This document shows, in pieces, positions 28,464 through 38,585 of a stretch of DNA of 46,484 bases (within the stretch, counting starts at the first letter, position 1; each line of letters begins with the position of its first letter). The position numbers and the translations under genes are program-made. Below the pieces are notes generated by a model. It was not told the DNA's origin, made no database searches, and was given only the letters and a program-made list of their open reading frames with translations. The DNA is from Pseudomonadota bacterium (lineage in GTDB: Bacteria > Pseudomonadota > Alphaproteobacteria > Sphingomonadales > Sphingomonadaceae), in NCBI GenBank assembly GCA_046050825.1, contig JBJOPJ010000001.1, forward strand, positions 1-46,484, given 5' to 3'.

Positions 28464-30356
28464 ATGAAGACCTCGATCGCGACGGTTTCGATCAGCGGTG
28501 CGCTTGATGCCAAGCTGCGGGCCATCGCCGATGCGGGCTTTGCGGGCGCCGAAATCTTTGAAAACGATCTGCTTTCATCGCATCTTTCCGCCCCCGAAAT
28601 TGCCAGCCTGATGCGCGATCTGGGGCTGGCCTGCACGATGTTCCAACCCTTCCGAGACCTTGAAGGGCTGCCCGACGCGCAGCGGACTCGCGCGTTCGAC
28701 CGGCTTGAGCGCAAATTCGACGTGATGGGTGAACTGGGCACCGATCTGCTACTGGTCTGTTCCAGCTGTTCGCCGCAGGCCGATGGCGATCGTGGCCGAA
28801 TTCTGGCCGATCTGGCCGAAGCGGGCGAACGTGCCGCCGCGCGGGGCTTGCGAATCGGTTACGAAGCTTTGGCCTGGGGCCGCCACGTCAACGACCACCG
28901 CGATGCGTGGGCGCTGGTGCGCGATGTCGATCACCCGGCGCTGGGGCTGGTGCTGGACAGCTTCCATTCGCTGTCGCGCAAGATCCCGTCCAGCAGCATC
29001 GGCGATATCCGCGCCGACAAGCTGTTCATCGTGCAAGTGGCCGATGCGCCGCTGCTCGATATGGATTACCTTGGCTGGAGCCGCCACTTCCGCTGCATGC
29101 CGGGGCAGGGCGAATTCCCGCTGGACGATTGGGCCGACGCGATCCGCAAGATCGGTTACCAAGGGTATTGGAGCCTTGAAATCTTCAACGATCGCTTCCG
29201 CGCCGGTTCGGCCAGCGGGGTGGCGCTGGATGGCTATCGCTCGCTGCGGCTGCTCGAAGGCGGGGTTGCCCGGCCCGCTTCGGCCAATGCGGTTTCAGAG
29301 AGTGCTCCGTTGCCCGCCCGTGCAACGCCGGTGGGCGTGGAATTCATCGAATTTGCCGCCAGCCACGAAGAAGCCGAAGCGCTGGGCGCGATGCTGCGCC
29401 CGCTGGGCTTCCGCCCGACCGCGCGGCATCGCTCGAAGGATGTGACCCGGTGGAACCAGGGGCCGATCAACCTGGTGATCAATTGCGAACCCGAAGGCCT
29501 CGCGCACAGTTTTGATATCGTTCACGGTGCTTCGGTCTGTGCGATCGGGCTGGCGGTAAACGATGTGCCGGGCGCCTTGGCGCGGGCCGATGCGCTGCGC
29601 GTGCCGCGCTTCGAACAGGCGATCGCGCCGGATGAATGGCCGATCCCCAGCGTGCGCGGGGTGGGCGGCAGCCTGCTCTATCTGGTCGATGCGGCCACGC
29701 GCGACGCGATGTGGGCGCATGAATTTCCGACCCCGCTGGAACCGGCCGATCCCGCCCCCAAGTTGACCGGGATCGACCACGTTGCCCAGACCATGCAGTT
29801 CGAGGAATTCCTCAGCTGGCTGCTGTTCTATGTCAGCCTGTTCGAGCTGGGGAAGACCCCGCAGCTGGAAATCGCCGATCCGATGGGGCTGGTGCAAAGC
29901 CAGGCGGTGGAATCGCCCGACCGTTCGGTGCGCTTCACGCTTAACGGATCGCTGGCGAACCAGTCGCTGTCGTCGCGCTTCATCCAGAACTATTTCGGGG
30001 CCGGGGTGCAGCATATCGCCTTTGCCTGCACCGACATTTTCGCCGCCGCGGATGCGGCGATTGCCGCGGGCCTGCCCAGCCTGGACATCCCGCGCAATTA
30101 TTATGACGATCTCGAAGCGCGCTGGGGGCTTGATCCTGATCTGATCGAAGCCATGGCCGCGCGCAACATCCTGTACGACCGCACCGTTGAACCCGATGGC
30201 AGCGAAACCGAATACTTCCAGCTTTATAGCCGCGCGTTTGCCCGCCGGGTGTTCTTTGAGCTGGTCGAACGCCGCGGCTATGCCGGGTATGGCGCGGTCA
30301 ACGCGCCGATCCGGCTGGCCGCGCAAGCGCGCTACAAACCGGAATTCCTCGATTAA
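28464..30356 (+). CDS. quiC: 3-dehydroshikimate dehydratase, QuiC1-type (TIM-barrel isomerase domain fused to an HPPD-like domain)
   Basis: MKTSIATVS, EIFEND, FQPFRD, YEALAWG, LDSFH, SLEIFND; C-terminal DHVAQ, GVQHIAF, FFELVERRGYAGYGA. Confidence 0.9.
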   Translation: MKTSIATVSISGALDAKLRAIADAGFAGAEIFENDLLSSHLSAPEIASLMRDLGLACTMFQPFRDLEGLPDAQRTRAFDRLERKFDVMGELGTDLLLVCSSCSPQADGDRGRILADLAEAGERAAARGLRIGYEALAWGRHVNDHRDAWALVRDVDHPALGLVLDSFHSLSRKIPSSSIGDIRADKLFIVQVADAPLLDMDYLGWSRHFRCMPGQGEFPLDDWADAIRKIGYQGYWSLEIFNDRFRAGSASGVALDGYRSLRLLEGGVARPASANAVSESAPLPARATPVGVEFIEFAASHEEAEALGAMLRPLGFRPTARHRSKDVTRWNQGPINLVINCEPEGLAHSFDIVHGASVCAIGLAVNDVPGALARADALRVPRFEQAIAPDEWPIPSVRGVGGSLLYLVDAATRDAMWAHEFPTPLEPADPAPKLTGIDHVAQTMQFEEFLSWLLFYVSLFELGKTPQLEIADPMGLVQSQAVESPDRSVRFTLNGSLANQSLSSRFIQNYFGAGVQHIAFACTDIFAAADAAIAAGLPSLDIPRNYYDDLEARWGLDPDLIEAMAARNILYDRTVEPDGSETEYFQLYSRAFARRVFFELVERRGYAGYGAVNAPIRLAAQARYKPEFLD

Positions 30357-30387
30357 GCCAGCATACCAAACCCAGGGAGAGTATTCG

Positions 30388-31404
30388 ATGATGCACACCA
30401 CGATTGGCCGCAAGCTTGGCCTGCTGGCTGCCCCTGCCGCTATGGCCGCCGCTATGCTTGGCGCCGTGGCCAGCCATGCAGCCACTCCGGCCCCGCGCGA
30501 TTTTGCAGTGGCCGATGCACCGGTCCTCGAAGACCGTTTCCCGGTGCAGCCGGTGGTGTTCCCCGGCGGGGTCAAGGCATACCGCGATGTCGCCTATCAG
30601 CAGCTGCCGGGCTATATCCCGCAAGTGGTCGATATTTACGTTCCCGCCAGCAAGGGCCCGCACCCGCTGGTGCTGTATATCCACGGCGGCGGCTGGGTTG
30701 GCGGGCATACCCGCCATTCGGGCGCGCTGGCCAATTTCCCGGCGGTGCTGGCCAAGCTGGCGGCCGAAGGCTTTACGGTTGCCAGCCTTGAATACCGCCT
30801 GTCGGGCGAAGCCAAGTTTCCCGCGCAAGTGCAGGACGCCAAGGCCGCGCTGCGGTTCCTTGGCGATCATGCTGCCCAGTACAAGGTTGATCCCACCCGC
30901 GTGGGCATCTGGGGCGGATCGGCCGGCGGCCATCTGACCGCGCTGACCGCGCTGAGCTGCCATGACACCACGCTGGACCCCAAGGCTGATAAGGACGTGT
31001 GCGCCACGGCCGCGGTAACGTGGTACGGCGTGTTTGATTTCGGCGCACTGGTGGCGGCGCGCCCCGGTGGGGTGGACGATGCCGCGGTTCGGCTGATGGG
31101 CTGCACCGGCGCCTGCACGCCCGAACAGCTCGCCTATGCCAGCCCGGTTACCTATATCGACGCCAAGGACCCGCCGTTCCTGCTGATCCATGGGGACGAA
31201 GACAAAGTGGTGCCAGTGATCCAGTCGCACTTGGCCGAAACGCGGCTGCGCGCGGCCGGTGTGCCGGTTGAAACGATCTACATCCCCGGCGTCGATCACA
31301 GCTTTATCGGCCATACCCCGGCTGAAACCCGTGCTGCCACGCTGAAGGCCACCAACGCCACGTTCGATTTCTTCCACGCCAAGTTGGGAGTAGCGGGCAA
31401 GTGA
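30388..31404 (+). CDS. Exported alpha/beta-hydrolase (HSL/BD-FAE-like esterase)
   Basis: Signal peptide ending SHA-A, HGGGW, nucleophile GGSAGG, IHGDEDKVVP, DHSF; SD GGGAGA. Confidence 0.88.
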   Translation: MMHTTIGRKLGLLAAPAAMAAAMLGAVASHAATPAPRDFAVADAPVLEDRFPVQPVVFPGGVKAYRDVAYQQLPGYIPQVVDIYVPASKGPHPLVLYIHGGGWVGGHTRHSGALANFPAVLAKLAAEGFTVASLEYRLSGEAKFPAQVQDAKAALRFLGDHAAQYKVDPTRVGIWGGSAGGHLTALTALSCHDTTLDPKADKDVCATAAVTWYGVFDFGALVAARPGGVDDAAVRLMGCTGACTPEQLAYASPVTYIDAKDPPFLLIHGDEDKVVPVIQSHLAETRLRAAGVPVETIYIPGVDHSFIGHTPAETRAATLKATNATFDFFHAKLGVAGK

Positions 31405-33011
31405 TCCGGCGGGCGCTGATTGCGTTGCTCCTGCTGCTGGCCGGGGCTGCCGCCGCTCAGGCGCAGCCCGTGCCGCCAGCGGCCGCGATCCCAGTGGCCG
31501 CGATCCCAGTGGATGGCGGGCTGGTCGAAGGGGCCAGCCTGCCGTCGGGGGTCGATGCGTGGCTGGGGGTGCCGTTTGCCGCCCCGCCGCTGCGAGACTT
31601 GCGCTGGAAGGCGCCGCAACCAGTGGCCGCCTGGCCCGGCGTGCTGCACGCGGATCGCTTTGCGCCCGAATGCCTGCAGCCGCTACGCAGCCCGCGCCAG
31701 AACCACTATTTCGGCAACGAAGCGACCAGCGAGGATTGCCTCTACCTCAATATCTGGGCGCCCCAGGGCGTGCGCCAAAAGCTGCCCGTGGTGGTGTGGA
31801 TCTATGGCGGCGGGTTCAATATCGGTTCGGCCGCGATGGCCAATTATTCGGGCGAGCCGCTGGCCAAGGCCGGCGTGGTGCGGGTCAACATCGCCTACCG
31901 GGTTGGCGCGCTGGGCTTTATGGCCCACCCGCAGCTCAGCGCGGAATCCGGTTACAACGGTTCGGGCAATTACGGCCTGATGGACCAAATCGCCGCGCTG
32001 CAATGGGTGCAGCGCAATATCGCCAAGTTTGGCGGCGATCCGGCCAATGTCACGATTGTCGGCCAATCGGCCGGGTCGATGTCGGTGGCGCTGTTGCAGC
32101 TTAGCCCGCAGGCCAAGGGCCTGTTCCAGCGCGCGGTGGGGATGAGCGGCAGCCCGTTTGGCGGGATGCTTGGCCCGGTGCCGCTGGCCAAGGCCGAAGC
32201 CCAAGGGCTGGCGCTGCAACAGGAACTGGGCGCGGCATCGCTGGCCGATTTGCGGGCGCTGCCCGGTGACCGGGTGGCCGCCGCGATCAGCCCGCGCGAT
32301 CCGATCGTGCTGGATGGCAAAGTGCTGACCGGCAGTGCCGAAGACACGTTCGCCGCCGGGCAGCAAAGCGATGTGCCGGTGCTGATCGGCTATACCCGCG
32401 ATGAAAGCTTCCGACCGCTGGGGCCGGTGGCCAGCGCGGCCGATCTCGATGCGGCGCTGCGCGCGCGCTATCCGCAAACCGCCGCTGCCATTCTGGCCGC
32501 TTATGCCGGGGCCGATCCCGCCCGCGCCGCGGCGGATATCGCGCGCGACAGCACGGTTGGGTTGCAAATGGCGCAGTGGGCCAAGGCGCAGCAGCGCTAC
32601 GGCAAGGCCGCGGCCTATGCCTATCTGTTCACTCGCCGCCAGCCTTATGCCCCCGGCATTACTTTCAGCGATCACGATCCGGCCACCGTCGGGGCCTATC
32701 ACACCGGCGATGTGCCCTATTGGCTGCGGACCCGCGCTGCGCTGAACTTGTTCCGGGTGACGCGGAACTGGGAGCCGGGCGATGTTGCGCTGGAAGGTGA
32801 AATGTCAGCCGCGTTGCTGTCGTTCGCGCGCAGCGGCGTGCCCACTAGCCCGGCGCTGGGGCAATGGCCGCGGTTCGATCCGGCGCGTCCGCGCCTGATC
32901 TGGCTGGGAACCGAAAGCAAGCCGATCAGCTGGCCGCACCTGGCCGATATGGGGCTGTTTGCCGGCAGCGCCGCGCAGACCCGCCCCGCCGGAACCAAGC
33001 CGCGCGATTGA
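31401..33011 (+). CDS. Exported type-B carboxylesterase
   Basis: Signal peptide, GVPFAAPP, SEDCLYLNIW, YGGGF, GQSAG, DE, YHTGD. Confidence 0.92.
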   Translation: MIRRALIALLLLLAGAAAAQAQPVPPAAAIPVAAIPVDGGLVEGASLPSGVDAWLGVPFAAPPLRDLRWKAPQPVAAWPGVLHADRFAPECLQPLRSPRQNHYFGNEATSEDCLYLNIWAPQGVRQKLPVVVWIYGGGFNIGSAAMANYSGEPLAKAGVVRVNIAYRVGALGFMAHPQLSAESGYNGSGNYGLMDQIAALQWVQRNIAKFGGDPANVTIVGQSAGSMSVALLQLSPQAKGLFQRAVGMSGSPFGGMLGPVPLAKAEAQGLALQQELGAASLADLRALPGDRVAAAISPRDPIVLDGKVLTGSAEDTFAAGQQSDVPVLIGYTRDESFRPLGPVASAADLDAALRARYPQTAAAILAAYAGADPARAAADIARDSTVGLQMAQWAKAQQRYGKAAAYAYLFTRRQPYAPGITFSDHDPATVGAYHTGDVPYWLRTRAALNLFRVTRNWEPGDVALEGEMSAALLSFARSGVPTSPALGQWPRFDPARPRLIWLGTESKPISWPHLADMGLFAGSAAQTRPAGTKPRD

Positions 33012-34126
33012 TGCGGCGCGCGGGCCTTGCCCTGCTGGCCGCGCTGGCGCCTATCGGGCTGGCCTGTGCCGGGCTGGCCTGTGTCGCCGCTCCAGCGCGG
33101 GCGCAAGATAGCGCGGTGTGCCCGCCCGATGCTGAGCTGGACTATGTCTGCGGGCCGGAAAAGCCCGAAGACGTGCTGGCTATTCCCGGCACCGATTGGC
33201 TGGTGGCCAGCGGTTTCATGCCCGGCGCGGGGTTGAAGCTGGTCGATGGCAAGGCGCGCAGTTTTCGCCGCTGGTACAGCGCCGCGCCCGCGCAACTGGC
33301 GTGGGACCGGGCGCGCTTTCCCCAATGCCCCGGCCCGCTTGATCCGGCGCTGTTCAACGCGCGCGGGCTGTCGCTGCGGCAAGTTGCGCCGCAGCGCTGG
33401 CAGCTGCTGGCGGTGAATCACGGCGGGCGCGAAGCGATCGAGGCGTTTGACGTTCACACCGACAAAGGCGAACCCCGGTTGATCTGGCGCGGGTGCCAGC
33501 CGCTGCCCGCCGGGCAAGTTGGCAATGCCGTGGCGGCATTTGCCGATGGCACGATTCTGACCACGGTGCTGACCCGGCCCGGCACCACGATCGGCGATTT
33601 CATGCTGGGTAAGATCACGGGCGGGGTATGGCAATGGCGGCCGGGCGATGGGGCTTTCACGCTGCTGCCCGGCACCGAATTGCCGGGCAACAACGGGCTG
33701 GAAATCGATCCCGATGAACAGCGGTTTTATGTGGTGGCGTTCGGCCTGCACGCGGTGGCGGTTTATGATCGGCGCGATACCCGCCAGCCGCAGACGGTGA
33801 TCGCCGCGCCGGATTTCATGCCTGATAACATCCACTGGACCGGCGGGCACTTGTTGCTCGCCGGGATGCGGCTGGATGAACCCGCCTGCGGGGGCCTGCG
33901 CAAAGTGGTGGATGGCAAGGCCGATCCGATGCTGTGCCACCGCGGCTGGGTGGTGGGCGAATTGGATCTGGCGAACCACCGGGTTGCGACGTTCGCCTAT
34001 GGCCATCCCCAGCTGGGCTTCAATGGCGTGTCCGCGGCCGCGCTCAGCGGCGGGGCTTTGTGGCTGGGTTCGTTCCAGTCGGCCCGGATGGCGATCGTTC
34101 GGGATTATCAGGAGACACCACGATGA
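33011..34126 (+). CDS. Exported beta-propeller, SMP-30/gluconolactonase/paraoxonase-like
   Basis: Signal peptide, PED, GLS, VGNAV, NNGLE, PDNIHW metal-ligand pattern; TGATG coupling. Confidence 0.75.
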   Translation: MRRAGLALLAALAPIGLACAGLACVAAPARAQDSAVCPPDAELDYVCGPEKPEDVLAIPGTDWLVASGFMPGAGLKLVDGKARSFRRWYSAAPAQLAWDRARFPQCPGPLDPALFNARGLSLRQVAPQRWQLLAVNHGGREAIEAFDVHTDKGEPRLIWRGCQPLPAGQVGNAVAAFADGTILTTVLTRPGTTIGDFMLGKITGGVWQWRPGDGAFTLLPGTELPGNNGLEIDPDEQRFYVVAFGLHAVAVYDRRDTRQPQTVIAAPDFMPDNIHWTGGHLLLAGMRLDEPACGGLRKVVDGKADPMLCHRGWVVGELDLANHRVATFAYGHPQLGFNGVSAAALSGGALWLGSFQSARMAIVRDYQETPR

Positions 34127-34674
34127 CTGCGCTGCGCCCGTTTTTAGCCGCTATCGCGGCGGCTTTTATCACATCGCCGGTCATGGCTTCGGCCGCGCCC
34201 GATCCGGGCGTTTCGGCCCCGGCGCCGGGGTTGGCTTATGCCTTTTCGGTGCGGGTCACGCTGGCCCCGCCGGTGGAAGTGGGGGATGCCGATGGCGGCC
34301 GCCGCCGCTTCATCGCGATTACTGGCGGCGAAGTTTACGGCCCGCGCCTGCATGGCGCGGTGCTGCCGGGCGGCGGCGATTGGCAAACGATCCTGCCGGG
34401 CGGGCTGACCCGGATCGAGGCCCGCTATTTCCTGAAAGCCGATGATGGCACGGTGATCGAAATCACCAATCCCGGCGTGCGCGTGGCCAGCCCCGAAGTG
34501 ACCCAGCGTTTGGCCAAGGGCGAAAAGGTGGATCCCGCGCTATACTATTTCCGCACCGCGCCGGTGTTCAAAGCGGGCAGCGCGGCCCAAGGCTGGTTGC
34601 AGCGCGCGGTGTTCGTGGGGCGCGGGATCCGCAATCCGGACAGCGTGGTGATCGACTATTACGAAGTGCAATAG
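34123..34674 (+). CDS. DUF3237 family protein with signal-peptide-like N-terminus
   Basis: RRFIAITGG, VLPGGGDWQ, EARY, YYFRTAP, VFVGRG; ATGA overlap with the upstream gene. Confidence 0.85.
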   Translation: MTALRPFLAAIAAAFITSPVMASAAPDPGVSAPAPGLAYAFSVRVTLAPPVEVGDADGGRRRFIAITGGEVYGPRLHGAVLPGGGDWQTILPGGLTRIEARYFLKADDGTVIEITNPGVRVASPEVTQRLAKGEKVDPALYYFRTAPVFKAGSAAQGWLQRAVFVGRGIRNPDSVVIDYYEVQ

Positions 34675-34722
34675 CCGATCCTCCCTACCGCTTCGTTTGC
34701 CGATCCACCCCGCCGGCCCGGC

Positions 34723-36783
<2,061 letters not shown>

Positions 36784-36793
36784 TCAGATCGGG

Positions 36794-37594
36794 TTATTCG
36801 GGGACATAGTTGGGGCGGCGCTTTTCCATGAAGGCGCGCATCCCTTCGGCAAAGTTGGGGCTTTTGCCGGTCATCACCTGGTTGCGGTTTTCGATCGCCA
36901 TCGCGGCTTCCAGGCTGGACGCGTCGATCGCCATTGCCAGCCCCTCCTTGGTCATCCGCAGGCCCATCGGGGACGCGTTCAGCAGATCGTCGATCCATGG
37001 TGCGGCGGCGGCTTCCAGTTGATCGTCCGGCACCACTTCGGCCACCAGCCCCACGGCCAGCGCCCGGTCCGCCTTGATGAACCGCCCGGTCAGCATCAGC
37101 TCCGCCGCGATCGATCCGCCCACCAGGCGCGGCAGGAAATAGCTTACCCCCATGTCGCACGATGACAGGCCGATGCGGATGAAGGCCGCGTTCATCCGCG
37201 CGCTTTCGCCGGCGATGCGGATGTCGCTGGCCAGCGCGAAGGCAAACCCGCCGCCGCAGGCCGGGCCGTGGATCAGCGATACGATCACTTGCGGGCAGCG
37301 CCGCATCTTGATGTAAACATCGGCCAGATAGCCCTGAAAGCCATAGCCCCCGCCGAATGGCACGGCATCGCGGTCGGCGTGTTCCTTGATGTCCAGCCCG
37401 GCGCAGAACGCCTTGCCCGCGCCGCGCATCACCACCACCCGCACGCTGCCATCGTGGTACAGCTTGCCAAAATAGTCGTTCAGTTCGCCGACCATTTCGA
37501 GGCTGATCGAATTGAGCGCATCGGGCCGGTTAAGCGTCAGCCAATCCACTTCGCCCCGCTTTTCGATGGCGATCGTCCGATAGCCTGCAGCCAT
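36794..37594 (-). CDS. Enoyl-CoA hydratase/isomerase (crotonase) family protein
   Basis: LNRPDALN, FCAGLD, GGG, ASDIRIA, LTGR, AFMEKRRP. Confidence 0.92.
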   Translation of the reverse strand: MAAGYRTIAIEKRGEVDWLTLNRPDALNSISLEMVGELNDYFGKLYHDGSVRVVVMRGAGKAFCAGLDIKEHADRDAVPFGGGYGFQGYLADVYIKMRRCPQVIVSLIHGPACGGGFAFALASDIRIAGESARMNAAFIRIGLSSCDMGVSYFLPRLVGGSIAAELMLTGRFIKADRALAVGLVAEVVPDDQLEAAAAPWIDDLLNASPMGLRMTKEGLAMAIDASSLEAAMAIENRNQVMTGKSPNFAEGMRAFMEKRRPNYVPE

Positions 37595-37626
37595 GCCCTC
37601 TCTCCTCGTTCTTGTCGTGTTTGCGA

Positions 37627-37660
37627 TTGCATAACGAACGCTGTTTAGTATGACAAGCGC
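37627..37660 (+). promoter_or_regulatory. Putative promoter for a leaderless tetR, with an imperfect palindrome (operator candidate)
   Basis: TTGCAT-N16-TATGAC-N6-ATG, no SD; GAAC-N3-GTTT in the spacer. Confidence 0.45.
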
Positions 37661-38257
37661 ATGGCTGTGCTGCTAACCGAAGACCAAGTGCTGGGCGTGC
37701 GCGAGCGGATCCGCCGCGTGGCCGAACGCCAGATTGCGCTGCACGGTCCGGGCGCGATTTCGCTGCGTTCGATTGCCGGCGAACTGGGTTGGACGGCGGC
37801 TTCGCTCTATCGCTATTACGCCAGCAAGGCGCAGTTGCTGGAGGCTGTGCGGATCGCGGCGCACGATCGTTTTTCCGACCGGATCGAAGCCGCGCACGAT
37901 AGCACCGATGACTTGTGGGACCGCAGCCGCGCTATCGGCGATGCCTATGTCGAATTTGCCCGGCAGGAACCCGCCGCCTACCAGTTGATGTTCGCGTATG
38001 AACAGGAGGAAGGCGAAAAATCCCCCGATCTGCACCGCGCCGAGCAGCGCTCGAATCGCACGCTGACGGCTTATGTCCGCGAAATGGTTGCAGCCGGGCT
38101 GCTCGATGGCGATCCAGACCTGATCGCGCATGCTTATTGGGCCGCGCTGCACGGGCTGATCGTGCTGCGCATGGCTGGCAAGCTGGACGATGCCCACGCG
38201 TTCGATGCCCTGCGCCACGCCGCGGTGCGCCTGATCACCCGCGGCGCCCGGCCGTGA
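37661..38257 (+). CDS. TetR family regulator with WHG-type C-terminal domain
   Basis: SLRSIAGELGWTAASLYRYYASK HTH; YQLMF, WAALHG; divergent from the crotonase-fadH genes. Confidence 0.9.
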   Translation: MAVLLTEDQVLGVRERIRRVAERQIALHGPGAISLRSIAGELGWTAASLYRYYASKAQLLEAVRIAAHDRFSDRIEAAHDSTDDLWDRSRAIGDAYVEFARQEPAAYQLMFAYEQEEGEKSPDLHRAEQRSNRTLTAYVREMVAAGLLDGDPDLIAHAYWAALHGLIVLRMAGKLDDAHAFDALRHAAVRLITRGARP

Positions 38258-38274
38258 TGGCGTTCGTGCTGTTC

Positions 38275-38340
38275 AAATAACCGCAGGCTAAATCACAGGG
38301 GCCAAATAACAGGGGCCAAATAACAGGTAAGCCAGATAAT
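38275..38340. repeat. Imperfect ~14-bp tandem repeat (AAATAACAGGGGCC), 3-5 copies
   Basis: AAATCACAGGGGCC / AAATAACAGGGGCC / AAATAACAGGTAAGCC plus degenerate flanking copies. Confidence 0.75.
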
Positions 38341-38363
38341 CTGCGCCAAGGCGAACTCGCCCG

Positions 38364-38393
38364 TTGACAAGCCCCCCCACCCCCCGCTAGTGG
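38364..38393 (+). promoter_or_regulatory. Putative tRNA promoter
   Basis: TTGACA, C-rich spacer, GCTAGTGG, then a GC-rich discriminator-like stretch upstream of the tRNA. Confidence 0.6.
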
Positions 38394-38436
38394 CGCCCTC
38401 CTACCCGGCGTAGCGCGCTTTTGCGTTATGCCCCGT

Positions 38437-38523
38437 GCCCAGATGGCGGAATTGGTAGACGCACCAGCTTCAGGTGCTGGCGCTCGCAAGGGCGTGGAGG
38501 TTCGAGTCCTCTTCTGGGCACCA
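38437..38523 (+). tRNA. tRNA-Leu (anticodon CAG)
   Basis: Acceptor stem GCCCAGA/TCTGGGC, D loop GGAATTGGTAGAC, anticodon arm CCAGC-TT CAG GT-GCTGG, long variable arm, GTTCGAG T loop, encoded CCA. Confidence 0.97.
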
Positions 38524-38585
38524 CTACTCAATCTAAGTATCAATAATACCTAGATTTTGTGGCGATTCGCAGAATCGCCGTCCGG

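Noticed and set aside
38275-38340. Possible CRISPR array (also 8651-8695)
   Set aside because: Units are 14-15 bp with no unique spacers, and no cas genes are present
38530-38556. Possible dif site
   Set aside because: 5-bp spacer and no match to the XerD arm TTATGTTAAAT
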